From the NCBI GenBank assembly GCA_030704615.1, contig CM060734.1, forward strand, positions 6,758,001-6,822,000: a DNA stretch of 64,000 nt, read 5' to 3'. Source of the stretch: Takakia lepidozioides. Lineage: Eukaryota; Plantae; Bryophyta. The notes below the pieces were generated by a model, which saw only the letters and a program-made list of their open reading frames with translations, was not told the DNA's origin and ran no database searches. Made by a program: the position numbers and the translations under genes. This document shows positions 37,601 to 49,891 of the stretch, one piece after another (positions within the stretch are counted from its first letter, which is position 1; every line of letters begins with the position of its first letter).

Positions 37601-40600
37601 CATAGAACATCTATAGGGCTTCTGAATGCTGAAATTTTGAGCTAGGCCTTGGTAAGACAGCCTGCTGGAGTAGACGTGTACACCTTATACATGATCCGGT
37701 CAGTGCACATTACTCTTGTTTGCCGGTCCCATGTAGCCGATGCCTTATGTCAGATTTAGATACCTTATGATACGAATGAGTTCCTTTTCTTTGGCTCAAA
37801 TGTTTCTATGTTTCTCCTGGTTATGGCTTTGCTCTTTATAGCACCATAAAAAATACCCAATTATGATATGCTGCTGGTAGATGTTTTGTCTGAATACCAG
37901 GTGGTAAACCCCTGCCAGACCCCAATACCTGCCCCCTTTGGTTTTGTACACATGTTTTACCCAAACAAGGGGTGGGTAAACACTAAAAGTCTGATATAAG
38001 ATTGTTTCCGATTGTTACTTTATGACCTTGGGAATTGAGGGTTCTTTCACTGGCCTCTTCTTCCGGTCACCAGAGCTTATATATAAACTAAAAGGTAAAA
38101 CTCTACATTTTGATGTATGTGTTGATGTACCTTCGTTTGTGTCACAACTTGCCAACTTGGAACATGCCAATGGCAGAAAAATTCATTGCCTAAACCTACC
38201 CCCATTGGTTTTGTACACATGTGGTACCCAAAAAATATGGGCTAGGTAAACACTAAAGGGTTGATAAAAGTTTCTTTCCTGTTTGTTGCTTCATGAATTT
38301 CGGAGTTAAGGTCCCTTCATTGGCCTCATCTTTCCATTATCAGAGCTTATGTGTAGCTAAAAGGTAAAACTCTACATTCTGATGTAAGTGTTGATGTACC
38401 TTTGATTGTCACGGCTTGTTTTGTTTGTTGACCTTGGAGAGTTGAGATCGTAGGCATGTTTATTTCTATGGTTCCTTTGTAACCAGAAGTAAAAGCTACA
38501 AAGAAGAGGGAGGTCATTTATGTGATGGGGTCTGGTATGCACTCATACCACACCACTCCATAAGGAGCTGCCATACCAGGGGATGGTTGGTGGGTTCCAT
38601 CTCTCTCCCTCTCTCTCCCTCCCTCCATGGATCTGGCTGGTTCTCTTAAAACTTGATAGTTTAAGACCAGTGGTATGTTACCTAACCCCTAATTAACCTT
38701 CTTGGAATTTGGTTAATTTCGGTTATTTACATTACCCGGATTTTGGTATAAGGTCGGGATCCTAATGGAGCCATCATATTATTTAATTTTTTCATCCATA
38801 AATGGATGTCATCCTCAGAGGATGACACGGATGAAAAATCGATAGACATTTCATCCGACGCGGATGAAATCACGATAGATTTCATCCTGCGCGGTAGAGT
38901 TCATCATGGATTTCATCCCGAATGGATGAAATCGTGAGAAATCACGTGGATGAAATCGCGGGAAATCGCGCTTCATCTCTTCCCTGCCCTAACCCTCTGC
39001 ACGACGATCGTGCTTAAGGGATGGCTGGAGCTGAGAGATGGTGGCGGGGGGCGCATGGACCTCGATTCAGGCGCCCTTGAATGCCATGGAGCTGCGCCAT
39101 TAAGGCATTTAGGTGTTCTGGCAAGATTCAGTACAATGGCGGCAGTACCTGCAATAATGCTTGGCGGGCGATCTACCTGTGTGTGGTTGCTTGCTGTGAC
39201 CTTCATTGATCATTAAGGTACAAGCGGCGATCTTAAGGCCTCGGGGAAGTGTCTGAACTCTTTAAGTTTGGGCGATTCACTTTCTTTGCATGCTTTGTAC
39301 ATTTTGTTGCGCATTCTTTTTGCTGGTCTTGAGAGCTATGGCGCAGGCCTGGTATTGGCTTGCATATGCTCTATGTTGGATAACAAGCGTGAGACCTGCG
39401 ATTCATAGTTCCACATCGTCTCTAACTTAACTGTTTCTGATTGCATGTGATGGGACCAGGTGAGGGTCCTCACAAGCTGATGGCTTTAAAGAGATCTGGT
39501 AACATGCTACAATGTAGGGCAGACCTGTTTTCATGACCAGACAGTGTTCTTGAATGTACAAGCATTGGAAACTTAGCCTCTTTTAGAAGCTGGTCACTTT
39601 AGGACACTTGATACCATGCCAAACTGATATGGATGGATCTTTTGTGGCCAAATCTGGTCCTTGGTTATATGCCCTTGAATGTTTACCTATTTTCCAAAAA
39701 TGGTAAGACATTGGTAGATGTGAACAGAATGATTCAGGCATTGTATTCAAGTTGCTTTAGGATAAATAATACCAAAGTAACCTGCAGGCCTGATGGGACG
39801 AGCAATTCAGATTCTTTGTGTTTCCTATGGATGATTGCATGGCATGTAAATCTGATTACAGCCTGTTATGGTAATGATTTCCCTACCCCGGACATAGAAC
39901 TTGGTCTTGGGGCATGGAATAAGAGGTGGGAATATTACTCTACCCTGTCGTTGAAATTACACACCAGCCCCAAATCTAAAACGGATCATGGGGCAAAAAA
40001 CATGGTGTCAATAAGTGACTTGATGTGCAAAGTAGGGCAGCTGATCATAACCTGTTGTATAAGCTGCCAAATATCAGTCCGTAACCCTGCTTTGGTGATG
40101 TTCTTTATGTAAAGAAATGCTCTTATTTTGTTCTTAAGCCTTCTATGATCATAAATGGCTTCTTTAAGACAAACAGACATTTCCAGCCCATGAACAGTGA
40201 TCAATGGATCTTTATTTGGACATGGATACTTACTGCTCAGTCACTTTGGTATGTCCAATGATACAAAGAACCCAAAACTATACTAGTTTTTGGGCCAACA
40301 ATAAATGAGGATGGTTGGTTATGCCTTGGTATGTAAGCTGACCAAAAAATACAGACTGAATGACATGGCATGTCATGAATGGCACTTTTTAGCATGCTGA
40401 ACAATGGTTTCCTACTATGAACAGTGGTAATCGAGTCTCTAATTTTTTCCCACCCCCCACCCAGAGACTTCATTGACTTTGAAGTCTGGGATTTGTCATA
40501 AAGCTGACTTGTGAATGAAGAATGGTTGATAATGCCTGTTATGAGGCTGATTTGTCGTTAATTTTACAATGACCTTGTCAGGTCTTTGTCCATGTCTCGA

Positions 40601-43600
40601 CAAGACATAAGTATCTTCCCTCTCTGATTTAGACCAGTGTACTTGGTGGTTCTTGTACACATTATCAACCAATCTCCCTTCTGTTTTCAGTTTTATGTTT
40701 GATTTACTAACACCTTGGTCTGAGCATGACAAAAGGTTATCAAATATGTTCCTGGTTGAAGTGATGAACCCAAGGCAATGGGAAGGCCAAAGCCATGAGA
40801 TATCAGCCTCCTCTCCCGCCATGACCATGGTGTGGAGCAAGCAAGTCCTTCATAAGGTAAGATCTTCTCCAGCAAAAATATGTTGGCTAATTGGGCATGG
40901 AGAGTAAGGCATCCTTGAAGGTACCTGAGATAAGCATAGAACATCTATAGGGCTTCTGAATGCTGAAATTTTGAGCTAGCCTTGGTAAGACAGCCTGCTG
41001 GAGTAGACGTGTACACCTTATACATGATCCGGTCAGTGCACATTACTCTTGTTTGCCGGTCCCATGTAGCCGATGCCTTATGTCAGATTTAGATACCTTA
41101 TGATACGAATGAGTTCCTTTTCTTTGGCTCAAATGTTCTATGTTTCTCCTGGTTATGGCTTTGCTCTTTATAGCACCATAAAAAATACCCAATTATGATA
41201 TGCTGCTGGTAGATGTTTTGTCTGAATACCAGGTGGTAAACCCATGCCAGACCCCAATACCTGCCCCCTTTGGTTTTGTACACATGTTTTACCCAAAACA
41301 AGGGGTGGGTAAACACTAAAAGTCTGATATAAGATTGTTTCCCGATTGTTACTTTATGACCTTGGGAATTGAGGGTTCTTTCACTGGCCTCTTCTTCCGG
41401 TCACCAGAGCTTTATATATAAACTAAAAGGTAAAACTCTACATTTTGATGTATGTTGATGTACCTTCGTTTGTGTCACAACTTGCCAACTTGGAACATGC
41501 CAATGGCAGAAAAATTCATTGCCTAAACCTACCCCCATTGGTTTTGTACCACATGCGGTACCCAAAAATATGGGCTAGGTAAACACTAAAGGGTTGATAA
41601 AAGTTTCTTTCCTGTTTGTTGCTTCATGAATTTCGGAGTTAAGGTCCCTTCATTGGCCTCATCTTTCCATTATCAGAGCTTATGTGTAGCTAAAAGGTAA
41701 AACTCTACATTCTGATGTAAGTGTTGATGTACCTTTGATTGTCACGGCTTGTTTTGTTTGTTGACCTTGGAGAGTTGAGATCGTAGGCATGTTTATTTCT
41801 ATGGTTCCTTTGTAACCAGAAGTTACAAAGAAGAGGGAGGTCATTTATGTGATGGGGTCTGGTATGCACTCATACCACGCTCACTCCATAAGGAGCTGCC
41901 ATACCAGGGGATGGTTGGTGGGTTCCATCTCTCTCCCTCTCTCTCCCTCCCTCCATGGATCTGGCTGGTTCTCTTAAAACTTGATAGTTTAAGACCAGTG
42001 GTATGTTACCTAACCCCTAATTAACCTTCTTGGAATTTGGTTAATTTCGGTTATTTACATTACCCGGATTTTTGGTATAAGGTCGGGATCCTAATGGAGC
42101 CATCATATTATTTAATTTTTTCATCCATAAATGGATGTCATCCTCAGAGGATGACACGGATGAAAAATCGATAGACGATTTCATCCGACGCGGATGAAAT
42201 CACGATAGATTTCATCCTGCGCGGTAGAGTTCATCCCGTGTGATGGATTTTCATCCCGAATGGATGAAATCGTGAGAAATCACGTGGATGAAATCGCGGG
42301 AAATCGCGCTTCATCTCTTCCCTGCCCTAACCCTCTGCACGACGATCGTGCTTAAGGGATGGCTGGAGCTGAGAGATGGTGGCGGGGGGCGCATGGACCT
42401 CGATTCAGGCGCCCTTGAATGCCATGGAGCTGCGCCATTAAGGCATTTAGGTGTTCTGGCAAGATTCAGTACCTTCTTCCCCTCTCGGGGTGCGCAATGG
42501 CGGCAGTACCTGCAATTTCCCTGTGGCGGTTGTCTCTAATGCTTGGCGGGCGATCTACCTGTGTTGTGGTTGCTTGCTGTGACCTTCATTGATCATTAAG
42601 GTACAAGCGGCGATCTTAAGGCCTCGGGGAAGTGTCTGAACTCTTTAAGTTTGGGCGATTCACTTTCTTTGTGCATGCTTTGTACATTTTGTTGCGCATT
42701 CTTGTTTGCTGGTCTTGAGAGCTATGGCGCAGGCCTCTCTTCCACAAGCCATCAAGGTATTGGCTTGCATATGCTCTGTTTCCTTTCTGCCCTTGCTTTG
42801 TATTGCATGTTGTACAGCGATAACCAAGCGTGAGACCTGCGATTCACCTGGGGTTCCACATCGTCTCTAACTTAACTGTTTCTGATTGCATGTGATGGGA
42901 CCAGGTGAGGGTCCTCACAAGCTGATGGCTTTAAAGAGATCTGGTAACATGCTACAATGTAGGGCAGACCTGTTTTCATGACCAGACAGTGTTCTTGAAT
43001 GTACAAGCATTGGAAACTTAGCCTCTTTTAGAAGCTGGTCACTTTAGGACACTTGATACCATGCCAAACTGATATGGATGGATCTTTTGTGGCCAAATCT
43101 GGTCCTTGGTTATATGCCCTTGAATGTTTACCTATTTTCCAAAATGGTAAGACATTGGTAGATGTGAACAGAATGATTCAGGCATTGTATTCAAGTTGCT
43201 TTAGGATAAATAATACCAAAGTAACCTGCAGGCCTGATGGGACGAGCAATTCAGATTCTTTGTGTTTCCTATGGATGATTGCATGGCATGTAAATCTGAT
43301 TACAGCCTGTTATGGTAATGATTTCCCTACCCCGGACATAGAACTTGGTCTTGGGGCATGGAATAAGAGGTGGGAATATTACTCTACCCTGTCGTTGAAA
43401 TTACACACCAGCCCCAAATCTAAAACGGATCATGGGGCAAAAAACATGGTGTCAATAAGTGACTTGATGTGCAAAGTAGGGCAGCTGATCATAACCTGTT
43501 GTATAAGCTGCCAAATATCAGTCCGTAACCCTGCTTTGGTGATGTTCTTTATGTAAAGAAATGCTCTTATTTTGTTCTTAAGCCTTCTATGATCATAAAT

Positions 43601-46600
43601 GGCTTCTTTAAGACAAACAGACATTTCCAGCCATGAACAGTGATCAATGGATCTTTATTTGGACATGGATACTTACTGCTCAGTCACTTTGGTATGTCCA
43701 ATGATACAAAGAACCCAAAACTATACTAGTTTTTGGGCCAACAATAAATGAGGATGGTTGGTTATGCCTTGGTATGTAAGCTGACCAAAAAATACAGACT
43801 GAATGACATGGCATGTCATGAATGGCACTTTTTAGCATGCTGAACAATGGTTTCCTACTATGAACAGTGGTAATCGAGTCTCTAATTTTCCCACCCCCCC
43901 ACCCAGAGACTTCATTGACTTTGAAGTCTGGGATTTGTCATAAAGCTGACTTGTGAATGAAGAATGGTTGATAATGCCTTGTTATGAGGCTGATTTGTCG
44001 TTAATTTTACAATGACCTTGTCAGGTCTTTGTCCATGTCTCGACAAGACATAAGTAATATCTTCCCTCTCTGATTTAGACCAGTGTAATTGGTGGTTCTT
44101 GTACACGTTATCAACCATCTCCCTTCTGTTTTCAGTTTTATGTTTGATTTACTAACACCTTGGTCTGAGCATGACAAAAGGTTATCAAATATGTTCCTGG
44201 TTGAAGTGATGACCCAAGGCAATGGAAGGCCAAAGCCATGAGATATCAGCCTCCTCTCCCGCCATGACCATGGCGTGGAGCAAGCAAGTCCTTCAGAAGG
44301 TAAGATCTTCTCCAGCAAAAATATGTTGGCTATTGGGCATGGAGAGTAAGGCATCCTTGAAGGTACCTGAGATAAGCATAGAACATCTATAGGGCTTCTG
44401 AATGCTGAAATTTTGAGAGCTAGGCCTTGGTAAGACAGCCGCTGGAGTAGAAGTGTACACCTTATACATGTCCGGTCAGTGCACATTACTCTTGTTTTGC
44501 CGGTCCCATGTAGCCGATGCCTTATGTCAGATTTAGATACCTTATGATACGAATGATGAGTTCCTTTTCTTTGCTCAAATGTTCTATGGTTCTCCTGGTT
44601 ATGGCTTTGCTCTTATAGCACCATAAAATACCCAATTATGATATGCTGCTGGTAGATGTTTGTCTGAATACCAGGTGGTAAACCCAGCCAGACCCCAATA
44701 CCTGCCCCCTTTGGTTTTGTACACATGTTTTACCCAAAACAAGGGGTGGGTAAACACAAAAGTCTGATATAGAGTTTCCTTTCCTTGTTACTTTATGACC
44801 TTGGGAATTGAGGTTCTTTCACTGGCCCTTCTTTCGGTCACCAGAGCTTATATATAAACTAAAAGGTAAAACTCTCTACATTTTGATGTATGTGTTGATG
44901 TACCTTCGTTGTGTCACAACTTGGCCACTGGAAACATGCCAATGGCAGAAAAATTCATTGCCTAAACCTACCCCCCATTGGTTTGTACACATGCGGTACC
45001 CAAAATATGGGCTAGGTAAACACTAAAGGGTTGATAAAAGTTTTTCTTTTGTTGTTGCTTCATGGATTTCGGATTTTAAGGTCCCTTCATTGGCCTCATC
45101 TTTCCATTATCAGAGCTTATGTGTAGCTAAAAGGTAAAACTCTACATTCTGATGTAAGTGTTGATGTACCTTTGATTGTCACGGCTTGTTTTGTTGTTGA
45201 CCTTGGAGAGTTGAGATCGTAGGCATGTTTATTTCTATGTTTCCTTTGTACCAGAAGTAAAGCTACAAAGAAGAGGGAGGTCATTTATGTGATGGGGTCT
45301 GGTATGCACTCATACCACACTCACTCTCCATAAGGAGCTGCCATACCAGGGGATGGTTGGTGGGTTCCATCTCTCTCCCCTCTCTCCCTCCCTCCATGGA
45401 TCTGGCTGGTTCTCTTAAAACTTGATAGTTTAAGACCAGTGGTATGTTACCTAACCCCTAATTAACCTTCTTGGAATTTGGTTAATTTCGGTCATTTACA
45501 TTACCCGGATTTTTGGTATAAGGTCGGGATCCTAATGGAGCCATCATATTATTTAATTTTTTCATCCATAAATGGATGTCATCCTCAGAGGATGACACGG
45601 ATGAAAAATCGATAGACGATTTTCATCCGACGCGGATGAAATCACGATAGATTTCATCCTGCGCGGTAGAGTTCATCCCGTGTGATGGATTTTCATCCCG
45701 AATGGATGAAATCGTGAGAAATCACGTGGATGAAATCGCGGGAAATCGCGCTTCATCTCTTCCCTGCCCTAACCCTCTGCACGACGATCGTGCTTAAGGG
45801 ATGGCTGGAGCTGAGAGATGGTGGCGGGGGGCGCATGGACCTCGATTCAGGCGCCCTTGAATGCCATGGAGCTGCGCCATTAAGGCATTTAGGTGTTCTG
45901 GCAAGATTCAGTACCTTCTTCCCCTCTCGGGGTGCGCAATGGCGGCAGTACCTGCAATTTCCCTGTGGCGGTTGTCTCTAATGCTTGGCGGGCGATCTAC
46001 CTGTGTTGTGGTTGCTTGCTGTGACCTTCATTGATCATTAAGGTACAAGCGGCGATCTTAAGGCCTCGGGGAAGTGTCTGAACTCTTTAAGTTTGGGCGA
46101 TTCACTTTCTTTGTGCATGCTTTGTTTTGTTGCGCATTCTTGTTTGCTGGTCTTGAGAGCTATGGCGCAGGCCTCTCTTCCACAAGCCATCAAGGTATTG
46201 GCTTGCATATGCTCTTTTCCTTTGCCCTTGCTTTGTATTGCATGTTGTACAGCGAACAAGCGTGAGACCTGCGATTCACTGGGGTTCCACATCGTCTCTA
46301 ACTTAACTGTTTCTGATTGCATGTGATGGGACCAGGTGAGGGTCCTCACAAGCTGATGGCTTTAAAGAGATCTGGTAACATGCTACAATGTAGGGCAGAC
46401 CTGTTTTCATGACCAGACAGTGTTCTTGAATGTACAAGCATTGGAAACTTAGCCTCTTTTAGAAGCTGGTCACTTTAGGACACTTGATACCATGCCAAAC
46501 TGATATGGATGGATCTTTTGTGGCCAAATCTGGTCCTTGGTTATATGCCCTTGAATGTTTACCTATTTTCCAAAATGGTAAGACATTGGTAGATGTGAAC

Positions 46601-49391
46601 AGAATGATTCAGGCATTGTATTCAAGTTGCTTTAGGATAAATAATACCAAAGTAACCTGCAGGCCTGATGGGACGAGCAATTCAGATTCTTTGTGTTTCC
46701 TATGGATGATTGCATGGCATGTAAATCTGATTACAGCCTGTTATGGTAATGATTTCCCTACCCCGGACATAGAACTTGGTCTTGGGGCATGGAATAAGAG
46801 GTGGGAATATTACTCTACCCTGTCGTTGAAATTACACACCAGCCCCAAATCTAAAACGGATCATGGGGCAAAAAACATGGTGTCAATAAGTGACTTGATG
46901 TGCAAGGTAGGGCAGCTGATCATAACCTGTTGTATAAGCTGCCAAATATCAGTCCGTAACCCTGCTTTGGTGATGTTCTTTATGTAAAGAAATGCTCTTA
47001 TTTTGTTCTTAAGCCTTCTATGATCATAAATGGCTTCTTTAAGACAAACAGACATTTCCAGCCATGAACAGTGATCAATGGATCTTTATTTGGACATGGA
47101 TACTTACTGCTCAGTCACTTTGGTATGTCCAATGATACAAAGAACCCAAAACTATACTAGTTTTTGGGCCAACAATAAATGAGGATGGTTGGTTATGCCT
47201 TGGTATGTAAGCTGACCAAAAAATACAGACTGAATGACATGGCATGTCATGAATGGCACTTTTTAGCATGCTGAACAATGGTTTCCTACTATGAACAGTG
47301 GTAATCGAGTCTCTAATTTTTCCCACCCCCCCCCCAGAGACTTCATTGACTTTGAAGTCTGGGATTTGTCATAAAGCTGACTTGTGAATGAAGAATGGTT
47401 GATAATGCCTCGTTATGAGGCTGATTTGTCGTTAATTTTACAATGACCTTGTCAGGTCTTTGTCCATGTCTCGACAAGACATAAGTATCTTCCCTCTCTG
47501 ATTTAGACCAGTGTACTTGGTGGTTCTTGTACACGTTATCAACCAATCTCCCTTCTGTTTTCAGTTTTATGTTTGATTTACTAACACCTTGGTCTGAGCA
47601 TGACAAAAGGTTATCAAATATGTTCCTGGTTGAAGTGATGAACCCAAGGCAATGGGAAGGCCAAAGCCATGAGATATCAGCCTCCTCTCCCGCCATGACC
47701 ATGGCGTGGAGCAAGCAAGTCCTTCATAAGGTAAGATCTTCTCCAGCAAAAATATGTTGGCTAATTGGGGCATGGAGAGTAAGGCATCCTTGAAGGTACC
47801 TGAGATAAGCATAGAACATCTATAGGGCTTCTGAATGCTGAAATTTTGAGCTAGGCCTGGTAAGACAGCCTGCTGGAGTAGACGTGTACACCTTATACAT
47901 GATCCGGTCAGTGCACATTACTCTTGTTTGCCGGTCCCATGTAGCCGATGCCTTATGTCAGATTTAGATACCTTATGATACGAATGAGTTCCTTTTCTTT
48001 GGCTCAAATGTTTCTATGTTTCTCTCCTGGTTATGGCTTTGCTCTTTAGCACCCATAAAAAATACCCAATTATGATATGCTGCTGGTAGATGTTTTGTCT
48101 GAATACCAGGTGGTAAACCCATGCCAGACCCCAACCTGCCCCCTTTGGTTTTGTACACATGTTTTACCCAAAACAAGGGGTGGGTAAACACTAAAAGTCT
48201 GATATAAGATTGTTTTCCTGATTGTTACTTTATGACCTTGGGAATTGAGGGTTCTTTCACTGGCGGGTCACCAGAGCTTATATATAAACTAAAAGGTAAA
48301 ACTCTACATTTTGATGTATGTGTTGATGTACCTTCGTTTGTGTCACAACTTGCCAACTTGGAACATGCCAATGGCAGAAAATTCATTGCTAAACCTACCC
48401 CCATTGGTTTTGTACACATGCGGTACCAAAATATGGGCTAGTAAACACTAAAGGGTTGATAAAAGTTTCTTTCCTGTTTGTTGCTTCATGAATTTCGGAG
48501 TTAAGGTCCCTTCATTGGCCTCATCTTTCCATTATCAGAGCTTATGTGTAGCTAAAAGGTAAAACTCTACATTCTGATGTAAGTGTTGATGTACCTTTGT
48601 TGTCACGGCTTGTTTTGTTTGTTGACCTTGGAGAGTTGAGATCGTAGGCATGTTATTTCTATGGTTCCTTTGTAACCAGAAGTAAAGCTACAAAGAAGAG
48701 GGAGGTCATTTATGTGATGGGGTCTGGTATGCACTCATACCACACTCACTCCATAAGGAGCTGCCATACCAGGGGATGGTTGGTGGGTTCCATCTCTCTC
48801 CCTCTCTCTCCCTCCCTCCATGGATCTGGCTGGTTCTCTTAAAACTTGATAGTTTAAGACCAGTGGTATGTTACCTAACCCCTAATTAACCTTCTTGGAA
48901 TTTGGTTAATTTCGGTTATTTACATTACCCGGATTTTTGGTATAAGGTCGGGATCCTAATGGAGCCATCATATTATTTAATTTTTTCATCCATAAATGGA
49001 TGTCATCCTCAGAGGATGACACGGATGAAAAATCGATAGACGATTTCATCCGACGCGGATGAAATCACGATAGATTCATCCTGCGCGGTAGAGTTCATCC
49101 CGTGTGATGGATTTTCATCCCGAATGGATGAAATCGTGAGAAATCACGTGGATGAAATCGCGGGAAATCGCGCTTCATCTCTTCCCTGCCCTAACCCTCT
49201 GCACGACGATCGTGCTTAAGGGATGGCTGGAGCTGAGAGATGGTGGCGGGGGGCGCATGGACCTCGATTCAGGCGCCCTTGAATGCCATGGAGCTGCGCC
49301 ATTAAGGCATTTAGGTGTTCTGGCAAGATTCAGTACCTTCTTCCCCTCTCGGGGTGCGCAATGGCGCAGTACCTGCAATTTCCCTGTGCGG

Positions 49392-49891
49392 NNNNNNNNN
49401 NNNNNNNNNNNNNNNNNNNNNNNNNNNNNNNNNNNNNNNNNNNNNNNNNNNNNNNNNNNNNNNNNNNNNNNNNNNNNNNNNNNNNNNNNNNNNNNNNNNN
49501 NNNNNNNNNNNNNNNNNNNNNNNNNNNNNNNNNNNNNNNNNNNNNNNNNNNNNNNNNNNNNNNNNNNNNNNNNNNNNNNNNNNNNNNNNNNNNNNNNNNN
49601 NNNNNNNNNNNNNNNNNNNNNNNNNNNNNNNNNNNNNNNNNNNNNNNNNNNNNNNNNNNNNNNNNNNNNNNNNNNNNNNNNNNNNNNNNNNNNNNNNNNN
49701 NNNNNNNNNNNNNNNNNNNNNNNNNNNNNNNNNNNNNNNNNNNNNNNNNNNNNNNNNNNNNNNNNNNNNNNNNNNNNNNNNNNNNNNNNNNNNNNNNNNN
49801 NNNNNNNNNNNNNNNNNNNNNNNNNNNNNNNNNNNNNNNNNNNNNNNNNNNNNNNNNNNNNNNNNNNNNNNNNNNNNNNNNNNNNNNNNNN
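49392..49891. other. Assembly gap (500 N)
   Basis: Run of N. Confidence 1.

Larger units (their letters stand above)
27392..49391 (+). repeat. Head-to-tail tandem array of ~3.3-3.5-kb units (6 complete + ~0.45), non-coding, probably a tandem non-autonomous LTR retroelement
   Basis: Marker AACATCTATAGGGC recurs at 27392, 30871, 34286, 37606, 40940, 44382 and 47815. Copies differ mostly by small indels. Confidence 0.97.

Noticed and set aside
27392-49391. rDNA/5S, snRNA or CRISPR array
   Set aside because: No rRNA, 5S or snRNA conserved sequence, and no short repeat/unique spacer pattern.
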